Assembly (NCBI GenBank): GCA_965246715.1
Contig: CBDFFH010000047.1
Span: forward strand, 96,001 to 160,000
Length of the DNA stretch: 64,000 nucleotides
Source: Chamaesiphon sp.
Lineage (GTDB): Bacteria > Cyanobacteriota > Cyanobacteriia > Cyanobacteriales > Chamaesiphonaceae
Direction: 5' to 3'
Below, piece after piece: positions 16,414 to 26,939 of the stretch. The first letter of the stretch is position 1. Every line of letters starts with the position of its first letter. The translations under genes were made by a program, and so were the position numbers. Under the pieces are notes generated by a model that was given only the letters and a program-made list of their open reading frames with translations, searched no databases and was not told where the DNA came from.

Positions 16414-17121
16414 TTATAATTTAGAGTTAAACCTTTGCCACTGACCGGGTGGCGGTGTTAAAAATTCGTAAGCACCCGCTGCGGATCTAGTCGCTGTCAG
16501 CACGATATCGAATGAGAGCGATACTCTCAATTCCTCCGTCTCATTCATCGTTACCGCGTGACGTTGTTTGGCTGGAAACAGTAATAACCGCCCCGCTACA
16601 GGCGGATAGGCAATCTGCAACTGATTGAAATAGTTATCTTCAGCTACGATATCCGTATTTTCGCTGCCCAAACCCGGACTCACCTCATTAACGCGAGCAT
16701 CATCAAAAAATACTAATCGCCCCGGATCGTAAGTCTCCGCCGTGGGTACTTGAAGATAATAAACCGCACTGATATGCGCTGTATTGTGGCAATGCGAACC
16801 GATCTCTTGTTCCCTCCGCGAGACAATCGGCCAAGCACGCTGGATATATAGGTCTACTTTACTTAGATCTACTCCCAACTCTTGCAGATAGAGCGCTGTA
16901 TGCAACTCTACCTGCCTCACAATCCAACTAAAACGCGGATTGGTATGGATTTGCTCTACGCCATGCAAATCGCCAGTCCAAGCCATCTCTGGATAGTTCC
17001 GGCGTTCGGCACCATCCCGCTCTAATTGCAGTACCGCAGCCACCAGATCTTGCTGATGTTGGGGGGCATCTACTAAATCTTCATAATAAATTGCGAGTGG
17101 AAACCAAGTCTCGATCGGCAT
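16414..17121 (-). CDS. Putative 2OG-Fe(II) oxygenase (TIGR02466-like)
   Basis: HCHNTAHISAVYY, LLLFPAKQRHAV, RVSLSFD. The N-terminal extension of the listed ORF is STRR-derived, so ATG 17121 was used. Confidence 0.8.
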   Translation of the reverse strand: MPIETWFPLAIYYEDLVDAPQHQQDLVAAVLQLERDGAERRNYPEMAWTGDLHGVEQIHTNPRFSWIVRQVELHTALYLQELGVDLSKVDLYIQRAWPIVSRREQEIGSHCHNTAHISAVYYLQVPTAETYDPGRLVFFDDARVNEVSPGLGSENTDIVAEDNYFNQLQIAYPPVAGRLLLFPAKQRHAVTMNETEELRVSLSFDIVLTATRSAAGAYEFLTPPPGQWQRFNSKL

Positions 17122-17555
17122 AACAGTCGTTAGGGGATAAGGGATAGGGGATAGTGAACAGTGAACAGTGAACAGTGGGTGGTAGAAGAAGTATCTCATT
17201 CAACCTGCTCTTGAAATGAATGAGAGATCGAAAGACGACCTGCCGATTTCGTGTTTATCTGAGTACTCACAGCTATCTTTATATCCCCTATCCCCTAACC
17301 CCGCTCCAATATTCACTAGCCACTAGCCACTATCCCCTAATCCCGATCCCCGCTTACTGCTCACTGCTCACTATCCCCTAGTTCGGTAATCGCCCTAACC
17401 CGCGCAACTTTGTATTTTTGTATACTAATATTAAGGAGAATTTATCTCCAGGGGTCATCAAAGCTAAGATGGCGGAAGATAGCGCAACGAAAGTTAACTC
17501 TATCGTCATTAATTTTCTCAATATTACTCGATCGGTTAGGAGCAAACTTCAGAAC

Positions 17556-19274
17556 GTGAGCCAGCAACAACTTTCTCAACTGCGACGTTACGATCCACAA
17601 GCCATCGCTGACTACTACAACAAACGTCCGTGGCTGGTCATTTGGAGAGCAATAACTGTTGTTTGGCTGTTCTCAGGTTTCCTAATTGGATTATTAATCG
17701 ATCGATCGATGGGTTACACCCAAGCCAATCAGGAGCAGCGGGCCAATCAACTGCGCGAGATAATAACACGACTGGGGCCTACTTATATTAAAGTCGGACA
17801 GTCACTCTCTACTCGACCCGATCTGATTACCCAAAGCTTTTTAGACGAATTAATTAAATTACAAGACCAACTCCCACCATTCGATAATGAGTTGGCAATG
17901 CAAATTATCGAAACTCAACTCAAAAGATCGGTTGACGAACTCTATAAAGAAATATCGCCGCGTCCGGTTGCCGCAGCTAGTTTGGGTCAAGTTTACAAAG
18001 CAAGATTGTATAGCGGCGAAGAAGTAGCCGTCAAGGTTCAACGACCAAATTTGATGCCGATTATTACCCGCGATTTATATCTCCTGCGGTGGGCTTCAAC
18101 TTGGATCGAGCCGTTTCTACCATTGAATTTAGGCAACAATTTACAAATAGTTGTCGATGAGTTTGGGACTAAGTTATTTGAAGAAATTGACTATCAACAT
18201 GAAGGGCGGAATGCCGAGAAATTTGCGGCTAATTTCCATGACGATCCCACAGTCAAAGTGCCATCGATTTACTGGCGATATAGCACGCATACAGTCCTAA
18301 CTTTAGAATGGATTAATGGGATCAAACTCACCGATTTAGACGCAGTGAGAAAAGCGGGACTCGATCGCGATAATTTGATTAAGATCGGGGTCAAGTCGGG
18401 ATTGCGACAATTATTAGAGTTTGGTTTCTTTCATGCCGATCCGCACCCTGGTAATCTGTTTGCGCTCGCTGACGGACGGATGGCATTTATCGATTTTGGG
18501 ATGATGGATCAACTCACCCAACATACCAAAGAAACGATCGCTGGCTCGGTCGTTCATTTAATTAATAAAGATTATCTTTCCCTAACTGATGATTTCGTCC
18601 AGCTCGGTTTTTTGACTTCGGATGTCGATATCGCGCCAATTATTCCAGCATTAGAGCGAGTCTTAGGTAACGCGATCGGTGAAAGTGTCGGAAACTTTAA
18701 CTTCAAGACGATTACCGATGAATTTTCGGAATTGATGTTCTTATATCCCTTCCGGATTCCGGCACAATTTTCGCTCATCATCCGATCGCTTGTTACTCAA
18801 GAAGGTGTGGCACTGAGTCTCAATCCCAACTTCAAGATTGTCGAAATCGGCTATCCTTATGTCGCCCAAAGATTGCTCAATGGTGAAACTCCAGAAATGC
18901 GTCGCCGGCTGCTCGAAGTCATCGTTAAAGATGGCAAGGTTCAATGGAAACGGCTAGAAAACTTGATCGGGATCGCCCGGACTGAAGGGAATTTCGATCT
19001 GCTCCCAACAGCACAACTAGGATTCCAATTTTTGATGTCTGCTGAAGGACAATCACTACGCAATCAGCTAGTCTTGGCACTTACAGAAGACAATCGCTTG
19101 CATGTAGCTGAAGTTCAACATTTATGGAATTTAGTCAAGGACGAACTGCAACCCGCTAAATTATTTAATGTCGCCATCGGTGCTTTAGCAGAAAGCGTCC
19201 CTAAAGCAATTGGCAATCTCTCAACGACGGGGATTAATTCTCTCCTTAGTTCGTTGAGTAATAACGGTAAATAG
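17556..19274 (+). CDS. ABC1/AarF/UbiB atypical protein kinase
   Basis: LGPTYIKVGQ, AAASLGQVYKA, VAVKVQRP, FFHADPHPGN, DFGMM. GTG start at 17556 inferred; ORF open from 17418. Confidence 0.92.
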   Translation: MSQQQLSQLRRYDPQAIADYYNKRPWLVIWRAITVVWLFSGFLIGLLIDRSMGYTQANQEQRANQLREIITRLGPTYIKVGQSLSTRPDLITQSFLDELIKLQDQLPPFDNELAMQIIETQLKRSVDELYKEISPRPVAAASLGQVYKARLYSGEEVAVKVQRPNLMPIITRDLYLLRWASTWIEPFLPLNLGNNLQIVVDEFGTKLFEEIDYQHEGRNAEKFAANFHDDPTVKVPSIYWRYSTHTVLTLEWINGIKLTDLDAVRKAGLDRDNLIKIGVKSGLRQLLEFGFFHADPHPGNLFALADGRMAFIDFGMMDQLTQHTKETIAGSVVHLINKDYLSLTDDFVQLGFLTSDVDIAPIIPALERVLGNAIGESVGNFNFKTITDEFSELMFLYPFRIPAQFSLIIRSLVTQEGVALSLNPNFKIVEIGYPYVAQRLLNGETPEMRRRLLEVIVKDGKVQWKRLENLIGIARTEGNFDLLPTAQLGFQFLMSAEGQSLRNQLVLALTEDNRLHVAEVQHLWNLVKDELQPAKLFNVAIGALAESVPKAIGNLSTTGINSLLSSLSNNGK

Positions 19275-19394
19275 CAGTCGATCCGATCGAATTGAAATTC
19301 ATTTGGGGAGCCATGGCAATCGCTACGGTTCCCCACCTATTTGGAGGAGCTAGTTACAATTAATTTTATATGTTCGAATACCTGTTTAGAGTGA

Positions 19395-20837
19395 ATGTCA
19401 GATTTAGTTGTATTTTGGCATCGTAACGATCTCCGCATCTCCGATAGTACTGGTTTGGCACGAGCCAGCCAGACAGATGCCAGAATCATCGGTGTATTTT
19501 GTCTCGATCCGGCAATTATCGATCGCGATGATGTCGCGCCTGCTAGGATGGAATTTTTAATCGGCAGCTTGAACTGTTTGGCTGAGGATTATCGTCGATC
19601 GGGTAGTCAATTACTCATCCTGCATCAAGATCCGACAGTTGGCATTCCACAGTTAGCCAGCCGATTGCAAGTTAAAACTGTTTATTGGCATCTGGATGTA
19701 GAACCCTACTCGCAAATTCGCGATGCTCGCGTCACTGAGGCACTCAAGCAGCACGGCATCGCCGCTCAGCCAGAGTGGGATCGGGTGTTGCACGATCCTA
19801 CCCAGATTAAAACTGGCAATAACCAACCATACAGCGTTTATACTCCATACTGGCGCAACTGGATCGGTCGATCGAAACCAGTCCCTGCAGCAGTTAAACT
19901 GCGATCGGCAGAACTGACTCCCACCGAGCAACAAGCTTTAACTCAACTCCCCGTAATCGAGCTACCAACGGCCAAAGATTTAGGTTTTATTTGGGATAAG
20001 CCGCTAATTCTAGAGCCAGGTACGAGCGCAGCAGAGCAACGGTTAGCAGAGTTTTGCGATCGAGCGATCTCGGAATACGACGAACAACGCAATTATCCCG
20101 GTGTTGCTGGTACCTCCAGACTGAGTGCGGCACTCAAATTTGGGACGATTGGCATTCGCACTGTTTGGGCGGCGACAGCGGCGGCGAAGGCTGAAGCGAG
20201 AAGCGATGAAGCGCGCGCGGCAATTACTGTCTGGCAACAAGAACTCGCATGGCGAGAATTTTATCAACAGGCGATGTACCACTTCCCCAGTCTGGCCGAA
20301 GGGCCTTACCGAGCGCAGTTAAAAAACTTTCCGTGGCAAAATGATGAAAAACTCTTTTCTGCCTGGTGTCAGGGCAAAACGGGCTATCCGATCGTTGATG
20401 CGGCGATGCGCCAACTCAATGAAGCTGGCTGGATGCATAACCGCTGTCGGATGATCGTCGCCAGTTTCCTAACCAAGGATTTGATTATCGATTGGCGGTG
20501 GGGCGAAAAATACTTTATGCAGCACCTGACCGATGGCGACTTATCTGCCAATAATGGTGGATGGCAATGGAGCGCATCGAGCGGCATGGATCCAAAGCCG
20601 TTACGCATTTTCAATCCTTATACCCAAGCCCAAAAATTCGATCCAGAGGGCGACTATATCCGTCAGTGGGTACCGGAGTTAAAGTCTGAAAATACCAGCG
20701 ATCTCCTCAGCGGTAAGATTCTCCCCCTCATTCGCCAACGGCTGGCCTATCCACAACCGATTGTCGATCACAATGAGCAACAACGGTTGTTTAAACAGTT
20801 GTATGCCAGTGTAAAAGCTGGTGCAATAGAGGCTTAG
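19395..20837 (+). CDS. phrA: Class I CPD DNA photolyase
   Basis: WHRNDLRISD, TSRLSAALKFG, WREFY, GKTGYPIVDAAMRQL, WMHNRCRMIVASFL, NNGGWQWSAS. Confidence 0.93.
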   Translation: MSDLVVFWHRNDLRISDSTGLARASQTDARIIGVFCLDPAIIDRDDVAPARMEFLIGSLNCLAEDYRRSGSQLLILHQDPTVGIPQLASRLQVKTVYWHLDVEPYSQIRDARVTEALKQHGIAAQPEWDRVLHDPTQIKTGNNQPYSVYTPYWRNWIGRSKPVPAAVKLRSAELTPTEQQALTQLPVIELPTAKDLGFIWDKPLILEPGTSAAEQRLAEFCDRAISEYDEQRNYPGVAGTSRLSAALKFGTIGIRTVWAATAAAKAEARSDEARAAITVWQQELAWREFYQQAMYHFPSLAEGPYRAQLKNFPWQNDEKLFSAWCQGKTGYPIVDAAMRQLNEAGWMHNRCRMIVASFLTKDLIIDWRWGEKYFMQHLTDGDLSANNGGWQWSASSGMDPKPLRIFNPYTQAQKFDPEGDYIRQWVPELKSENTSDLLSGKILPLIRQRLAYPQPIVDHNEQQRLFKQLYASVKAGAIEA

Positions 20838-20930
20838 AGCGATAAATCCGATCGAATGTTGCTAAATTGAGACACAAACTTGATGCAGCTCGCTCGGGGA
20901 AATACATTCAATCTTCGATCGATCGCTGCA

Positions 20931-21704
20931 CTACCTCACTTCCAATATCGCTGGATGTTGAGCTGTATAACTTAGAGTACCCATAGAAGTGATGACAGTA
21001 TGGATGGGGATGAAACAAATGACCGAGTTACTATAACCGATCCCCTCTAACCCCATGACCAATTCTACATCCCACTCAATTTCTACAACCGCTCTATTTT
21101 CCTGTTGGAGTCGTGTCAGAATTTGCGATCGCATAATTCCCGGTAAAATTCCCGCATTTACAGGTGGCGTATACCAGCAACCATCACCATATCCCCAGAG
21201 GTTCCCGGTTGTAGTTTCCAGCCAGTCACCGCGATCGTTTGTCAGGATTGCTTCTTGGATATCCCGATTTCGTGCTTGTTGAAGCGCTAACCAGGGAGCG
21301 AGATAGTTACCTGTTTTGTGTTGGGGTAGCGATCGAGTATATTGTCGGTCGGCAATTATTACCGTTACACCGTCCCTTTGCCAATTAGCCAATTGTAGTG
21401 GTAACTCTCGCCCCGTAATCAATTCTCGTCCGTCAGGAAATAACGTAATTCGTAATACTGGAAACTCTGACGTTAGAGATTCCAATCCTTGTTGTAACCT
21501 TTGCCAATCTGGTTCGCACCAGCCTAACTCTCTGATACTCAATTGCAATCTCTGGCAATGTAAATTGTAAATTGCTGGAGAAAACTTGTTAGTTCTAAAG
21601 GTAGTAAAAACGGTCGCTCCATATAATAACCCTGGATCGTCAATATTTAACTCGATCGTTCGAGCGACAATTCGTTGCCCTGCGTACCAATATAGATCGC
21701 TCAC
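20931..21704 (-). CDS. Class IV aminotransferase / 4-amino-4-deoxychorismate lyase-like
   Basis: DDPGLLYGATVFTT, HKTGNYL, LETTTGNLW, GILPGIMR. Confidence 0.85.
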   Translation of the reverse strand: MSDLYWYAGQRIVARTIELNIDDPGLLYGATVFTTFRTNKFSPAIYNLHCQRLQLSIRELGWCEPDWQRLQQGLESLTSEFPVLRITLFPDGRELITGRELPLQLANWQRDGVTVIIADRQYTRSLPQHKTGNYLAPWLALQQARNRDIQEAILTNDRGDWLETTTGNLWGYGDGCWYTPPVNAGILPGIMRSQILTRLQQENRAVVEIEWDVELVMGLEGIGYSNSVICFIPIHTVITSMGTLSYTAQHPAILEVR

Positions 21705-21835
21705 TTGCTAAAATAGACTAGAGTTCGAGGATATTTGCGATGACGATTATTGCAGCAAAATGGACGATCTTCAAAAAACTATTTACCGTCACTTGAAAGA
21801 TCTACATCCACTAGTCATTAGCCACTAGCCACTAA

Positions 21836-22888
21836 CTACGGACGCTCTAATTGACACTGAGACTGCCGCAGATTAAATCTGCCATTTCGATCGAAACAAG
21901 TGGGGATGCGATCGACTAATTGACCGTAATTTTCGCGCTCGAATGTTTGAACCATGCCATTCGCACCCACTTCACAAGGGCGGTTGAGACTGCATTGGGG
22001 TTGTTTTGCAGCATTATCATTGACTCCAGTATTGATAATCCCGACTACGCGATTTGTCTTCAGCGAAATCATCGGCGAACCAGACATCCCACCGACGATA
22101 CTGCAGTGATGGCGGATCGAATTTTTCCAGTTATAAACATCTTCCTTCAGATTGACTAATTCGCCAGTTTGACAGGTAGCGGCATGTAGAAAACTTAGCT
22201 TTTCTTTCACGCCAGCAGCAGGAATACCAACGACCAAAGTTGGCTCTCCCACTTGTGCTGGTCGATCGGATATCGTTAATGGTGTAATGCCAGCATTAAT
22301 TAATTCTTGTTGAGTTTTGGTTAACTCTAAGATGGCAATATCATTATTTTTCATCGTGCCATACACCATCCGTTTGACGGGAATAGTCAGTCGTTCCGCC
22401 TTGAAATCATGAAAATAATTGACGATAAAATTAGTTTTACTCGGTCGATCGACCATGATTTCCGATTCTTTCGGTAAGTCGCTTATCGTCCCCTGACAAT
22501 GCCCATTCGTCAGCACGTATGCTGGTGCGGTAGGGTGATTGCCAGTAGAGATAAAAAACCCCGTACACACGCCATAATCTACATCGATCGAACCGATCCC
22601 GTTGTATTGACGTCCGGTGGCAGCGGAAAGCATTTGCCAATTAACCCGATCGGAATTTACCTCACGATCGGGTAGTTTGCGCCCAGTTCGATCGAAAATT
22701 GCCGCATTGACACTAGCATTGGGTAAATACCCGCTCGTCCCGATCGCTAGTACTAGTCCAGTACCGGCAAGCTGAAGCGATCTCAATGCTAGACTGACTC
22801 GACTCGGGTGGCGAACGCTCGACATCCAAACCAGTGTGCCTGACGCGAGCTGCTGGCACCAGAACTTGCTAAAGTGGAGCATATTCAT
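21836..22888 (-). CDS. Exported trypsin-like serine protease
   Basis: LTNGHC (His), NDIAIL (Asp), GGMSGSP (Ser). Start uncertain. Confidence 0.85.
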   Translation of the reverse strand: MNMLHFSKFWCQQLASGTLVWMSSVRHPSRVSLALRSLQLAGTGLVLAIGTSGYLPNASVNAAIFDRTGRKLPDREVNSDRVNWQMLSAATGRQYNGIGSIDVDYGVCTGFFISTGNHPTAPAYVLTNGHCQGTISDLPKESEIMVDRPSKTNFIVNYFHDFKAERLTIPVKRMVYGTMKNNDIAILELTKTQQELINAGITPLTISDRPAQVGEPTLVVGIPAAGVKEKLSFLHAATCQTGELVNLKEDVYNWKNSIRHHCSIVGGMSGSPMISLKTNRVVGIINTGVNDNAAKQPQCSLNRPCEVGANGMVQTFERENYGQLVDRIPTCFDRNGRFNLRQSQCQLERP

Positions 22889-22917
22889 GCAAATATTTTG
22901 GCATCCTCAAGCAATCT

Positions 22918-23241
22918 ATGACGAAAACTTACACGGTTGAGATCCAACATCAAGGAGAAACTTACACGATCGAGGTTCCCGAAGACAAGCAGATTTTACG
23001 CGCTGCTGGCGCTGCTGGCTTGTATTTACCTACCTCTTGCAATTCCGGAGTTTGTACGACTTGTGCCGCTCAGGTACTAGAGGGCAAAGTCGAGCAAGGA
23101 GATGGGATGGGTGTGAGTAACGATCTGCAAGCCAAAGGATATGCGCTACTTTGTGTTGCCTACCCGCGATCGAATCTGAAAATCGTTACCGAAAAAGAAG
23201 ATGAAGTTTACGAGCTACAATTCGGGCAACATCAACGCTAA
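22918..23241 (+). CDS. Plant-type 2Fe-2S ferredoxin, Fed3/FdC1-like with C-terminal extension
   Basis: LPTSCNSGVCTTC...LLCVAYP and EDEVYELQFG tail. Confidence 0.9.
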   Translation: MTKTYTVEIQHQGETYTIEVPEDKQILRAAGAAGLYLPTSCNSGVCTTCAAQVLEGKVEQGDGMGVSNDLQAKGYALLCVAYPRSNLKIVTEKEDEVYELQFGQHQR

Positions 23242-23250
23242 CTCGATCCT

Positions 23251-23973
23251 CTAGCTCTTTTCTTCCTCGCGCTCGTTGTGCAGTTCTAAACAATAACCAG
23301 CGCCATAGACTGTTTTGATGTATTTTGGCCGACGCGGATCGGGTTCCATTTTGGTGCGGAGGTGCCGGATATGCACGCGAATCGTCTCGATATCGTCATC
23401 GGGATCGTATCCCCAGACTTCGCGGAGAATATCGCTTGGCGACACCGTTTGTCCGTGGCGTTGGAGCAAGCAGTGCAATAGCTCGAATTCGAGGTGTGTG
23501 AGCTTGATTGTCGCGCCGCGCCAAATTGCCTCAAACCGCTCTGGTACTAGTGTAAGCGAGCCGTAGTTGAGAATTTCGCTATGTTTGGCGGCTTGCGGAA
23601 TCCGATCCGTTCGCCGGAGCAACGCGCGGACGCGAGCGAGTAATTCTTCGATCTCAAATGGCTTAGTCAGATAGTCATCCGCACCAGCATTAAAACCTTC
23701 GACCTTATTTTGCGTTTGACTCAGCGCGGTAAGCATCAACACGGGAATATCCGACGTGCGCTCTTCCCGCCGCAATCGCTGACAGATCGTGTATCCGTCA
23801 ACTTTAGGCAGCATTAAATCCAGCACGATCAAATCTGGCTGGATTTGGATCGCCATTGCCTGACCTTGAATGCCGTCAGGTGATTGGTTTACCTCGTATC
23901 CAGCCATTTCGAGGTTAATACAGACTATTTCAGCGATCGCTGCATCGTCATCAATGACTAGTATTCGGGGCAT
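23251..23973 (-). CDS. rpaA: OmpR-family response regulator RpaA (circadian output)
   Basis: [10 protein letters not shown] ... [19 protein letters not shown] ... [23 protein letters not shown] signature. Confidence 0.92.
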   Translation of the reverse strand: MPRILVIDDDAAIAEIVCINLEMAGYEVNQSPDGIQGQAMAIQIQPDLIVLDLMLPKVDGYTICQRLRREERTSDIPVLMLTALSQTQNKVEGFNAGADDYLTKPFEIEELLARVRALLRRTDRIPQAAKHSEILNYGSLTLVPERFEAIWRGATIKLTHLEFELLHCLLQRHGQTVSPSDILREVWGYDPDDDIETIRVHIRHLRTKMEPDPRRPKYIKTVYGAGYCLELHNEREEEKS

Positions 23974-24222
23974 GTGCGAGTAATCTAGTGTGAATATTTA
24001 AAAAGTTTTTTTAAAAAGTTTAGCAAAAAAAAGCTTTCTGTAAAGATTATACGCAACTGGATGAAGTGTCGCGAGTTTTTTTTGATATTTCGCAATTTTA
24101 GCTAGTGGCTAGTGGCTAGTGGCTAGTGACCAGTGACTAGTGGCTAATGAATAGGGGATAGTGGATAGTGACTAGGGATAGTGGCGGCTAATTCGTAATT
24201 TAATTCATCATTCATAATTTCT

Positions 24223-25095
24223 ATGACTTCTTCTACAGAACCGACTTGGCTGACTGTCATCCGCCTGCTGCGCTGGGACAAACCTGCGGGGAGATTGATC
24301 TTGATGATTCCAGCACTGTGGGGTTTGTGTCTGGCTGCGCGGGGCAATCCACCATTACCGTTGGTGGGTGTAATTATTTTAGGGACTTTGGCAACTAGTG
24401 CGGCGGGATGTGTGGTTAACGATTTATGGGATCGAGATATCGATCCGCAAGTGGCGCGGACAAAAAATCGGCCGCTGGCGGCGAAGTCATTGTCTGTTGC
24501 AACGGGGATTGGCGTGCTCGTCGTTTCGCTGATTTGTGCGGCAATTCTCGCCTTCTACCTCAATCCGCTCACGTTTTGGTTATGCGTAGCGGCGGTGCCA
24601 GTAATTTTATTGTATCCCGGTGCGAAACGCGTCTTTCCAGTACCGCAATTGGTGTTGTCGATCGCGTGGGGATTTGCCGTGTTGATTAGTTGGTCGATGG
24701 TAACTGCGAGTCTGGTTACCCCGACTTGGTATTTGTGGGGAGCGACGATCTTTTGGACGTTGGGATTCGATACTGTTTACGCGATGTCCGATCGCGATGA
24801 CGATCGGCGGATCGGGGTTAAGTCTAGTGCCTTGTTCTTTGGTAGATACGTAGCAGAAGCGATCGCCTTCTTTTTTACCCTGACAGTGGTTTTGTTAGGC
24901 GCGGTGGGTAAGGTGATGGCGCTCCAACCGATTTTTTGGGTAACGTTGGCACTAGCTGCTGGCTGTTGGTTGTGGCAATACCTCCGGCTCAATCGTCCGA
25001 CGATCCCACCTGCTTTTTATCCGCAGATGTTTCGGGAAAATGTCTGGATTGGGTTTGGATTACTGCTGGGGATGGTGTTAGGAATTAGGGCTTAA
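24223..25095 (+). CDS. ubiA: 4-hydroxybenzoate solanesyltransferase (UbiA family, plastoquinone synthesis)
   Basis: RLLRWDKPAG, NDLWDRDIDPQVARTKNRPL, DTVYAMSDRDDD. Confidence 0.9.
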   Translation: MTSSTEPTWLTVIRLLRWDKPAGRLILMIPALWGLCLAARGNPPLPLVGVIILGTLATSAAGCVVNDLWDRDIDPQVARTKNRPLAAKSLSVATGIGVLVVSLICAAILAFYLNPLTFWLCVAAVPVILLYPGAKRVFPVPQLVLSIAWGFAVLISWSMVTASLVTPTWYLWGATIFWTLGFDTVYAMSDRDDDRRIGVKSSALFFGRYVAEAIAFFFTLTVVLLGAVGKVMALQPIFWVTLALAAGCWLWQYLRLNRPTIPPAFYPQMFRENVWIGFGLLLGMVLGIRA

Positions 25096-25213
25096 TATTC
25101 TGCGATCCTCACAAGTTGCTCACAATTCCCTGTTCTAATAAATGTATGGGTTATATTCTTCGCTTATAGTAGATATATCCAACACTTATCAATCGATCGG
25201 GCGAGCAGTAAGT

Positions 25214-25678
25214 ATGAACCAAATTAACTTGACAACGATATTTATTGCCGCAATTGCTGCATTGGTGCCAGTGGGAGTGCGCGCCGAAGCGCCGATGGTA
25301 CCGAGTTCGTGTTCGTCTAGAAACATCGTGATGCGCCCGATCGATCCACCCCAGCAGACTACGGTTAAAGGTCGCGTCATCAGTATGGAATATGGCAAAC
25401 AGCAACGAGTAGCTGTCAAAAACATGGTGATGTGGCTGCAATTAAAAACGGCTACAGGCGAACAGGTGCCCGTCTACGTAGGATCGAGTTGGTATCTAGA
25501 TAAGAATCATCTCCAAGTCCGAGTCGGCGATCTCCTGGAAATTCAAGGTGTCAAGACTGCTGGATCTAGTCCCCAATCAGCAATGACGATCGCGAGTACG
25601 ATTAAAAAAGGCGATCGTGTCTGGAAAGCCAAGATTCCCAACAAGCCAAATGTGGCAAAATCCTGTCAACCGATTTGA
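25214..25678 (+). CDS. Hypothetical exported protein (possible OB-fold)
   Basis: Signal-like N-terminus; TVKGRV..VYVGSSWYL..VGDLLEIQG. Confidence 0.55.
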   Translation: MNQINLTTIFIAAIAALVPVGVRAEAPMVPSSCSSRNIVMRPIDPPQQTTVKGRVISMEYGKQQRVAVKNMVMWLQLKTATGEQVPVYVGSSWYLDKNHLQVRVGDLLEIQGVKTAGSSPQSAMTIASTIKKGDRVWKAKIPNKPNVAKSCQPI

Positions 25679-25686
25679 ACCAATCT

Positions 25687-25793
25687 AAGTAGCTGGGCGT
25701 AATTAAATATAAAATAACATGTAGGGTGGGCAATGTTCGCCATCTAGGTTTCAGGATTTGCTGATGTTACAAATATTTGCGCCGATCTACTTA
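25687..25793. mobile_element. Small MITE-like unit with TAAGTAG...CTACTTA termini and a degenerate REP (GTAGGGTGGGCAATG)
   Basis: Imperfect terminal inverted repeat TAAGTAGCTGGGCGTAA / TTGCGCCGATCTACTTA. Confidence 0.5.
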
Positions 25794-25798
25794 CATCA

Positions 25799-25971
25799 AC
25801 GTGAGTTCGGGACAAGAGTAGCCTAGAGACTGAAGTCTCTGCTTATGATGCAAAGTCCGCCTTCGCGGACTATATATCTTAGTCCGCGAAGGCGGACTTT
25901 GTTCCACTAGCCTCGATTTCAATCGAAGGCGGTGCCTGAGCGGAGCCAATATCCTTAAACCGAACTTACTT
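25799..25971. mobile_element. MITE-like element (ACGTGAGTTCGG family) with an uninterrupted REP doublet
   Basis: Termini ACGTGAGTTCGG / CCGAACTTACTT; TSD ACATCA at 25793-25798 and 25972-25977; internal AAAGTCCGCCTTCGCGGACT...AGTCCGCGAAGGCGGACTTT. Confidence 0.8.
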
Positions 25972-26111
25972 ACATCAACATTGGATAAATTGCTTTTAAC
26001 TTAAGGTACAGATAAGGGTTTCCCCCAAGATCTTTATGCTGTCGCTAATGAGATGCAGAACAGATCGTCTAAACTAGAATAGTATCCTCAGCCAATTATT
26101 AATCTTAGATC

Positions 26112-26903
26112 GTGTCAGACTCGCTTCAAACCTTACTTGCAGCCGTAGCTACTGGAGAGATTACACCCGATCTAGCCTTATCAAAAATTAAGTCTCTAGA
26201 GTACGAATCGATCGGTGAATTTGCCAAGATCGATCGATCGCGCCAACTCCGCACGGGTTTTCCCGAAGTAATTTGGGGTTTAGGCAAAACCCCATCACAG
26301 ATTGTCAACATCATTCAAGCGATGCGCCAACACCAATCGGTAGTGATGGCAACAAGGATTACCCCTGCAGTCTACACCGAATTGCATCGAGACATTCCCG
26401 ATTTAATCTATTATGAGATGGCGCAGATCTGCGCTCTAACGCCTGAGAATCCCATTCCTAAGCAGAGCGGCAGAATTACGATTCTCACCGCCGGAACTGC
26501 CGATTTACCTGTCGCTGAGGAAGCAGCTCGGACTGCGATTCTATGTGGATTTGAGGTCGAAAAATTATGGGATGTGGGCGTTGCTGGGATCCACCGCCTC
26601 CTCGCCAATCGCCATGTCATTGATAATGCAGACGTACTAATTGTCGTCGCGGGGATGGAAGGCGCATTACCCAGCGTCGTCGCTGGCTTAGCCGATTGTC
26701 CGGTAATTGCTGTGCCTACGAGTATCGGCTATGGCGCTAGTTTTGGCGGGATTGCGCCGTTACTAACGATGCTCAATTCTTGTGCGGCTGGTGTTGGAGT
26801 CGTGAATATCGATAATGGTTTCGGTGCGGCAATATTAGCTGGTCAAATTTTACGGACTGCGGCAAAGCTGCGATCGCCGGAATCAAAAAGCTCGGCTAGA
26901 TAA
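26112..26903 (+). CDS. larB: LarB / CpmA family (AIR carboxylase-like) protein
   Basis: RTGFPEVIWGLGKT, AGTADLPVAEEA, DVGVAGIHRL, VAGMEGALPSV, VVNIDNGFGA. Confidence 0.88.
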   Translation: MSDSLQTLLAAVATGEITPDLALSKIKSLEYESIGEFAKIDRSRQLRTGFPEVIWGLGKTPSQIVNIIQAMRQHQSVVMATRITPAVYTELHRDIPDLIYYEMAQICALTPENPIPKQSGRITILTAGTADLPVAEEAARTAILCGFEVEKLWDVGVAGIHRLLANRHVIDNADVLIVVAGMEGALPSVVAGLADCPVIAVPTSIGYGASFGGIAPLLTMLNSCAAGVGVVNIDNGFGAAILAGQILRTAAKLRSPESKSSAR

Positions 26904-26939
26904 ATAAAGTCAGAATTTTTAATTATTATCCATTTTCTC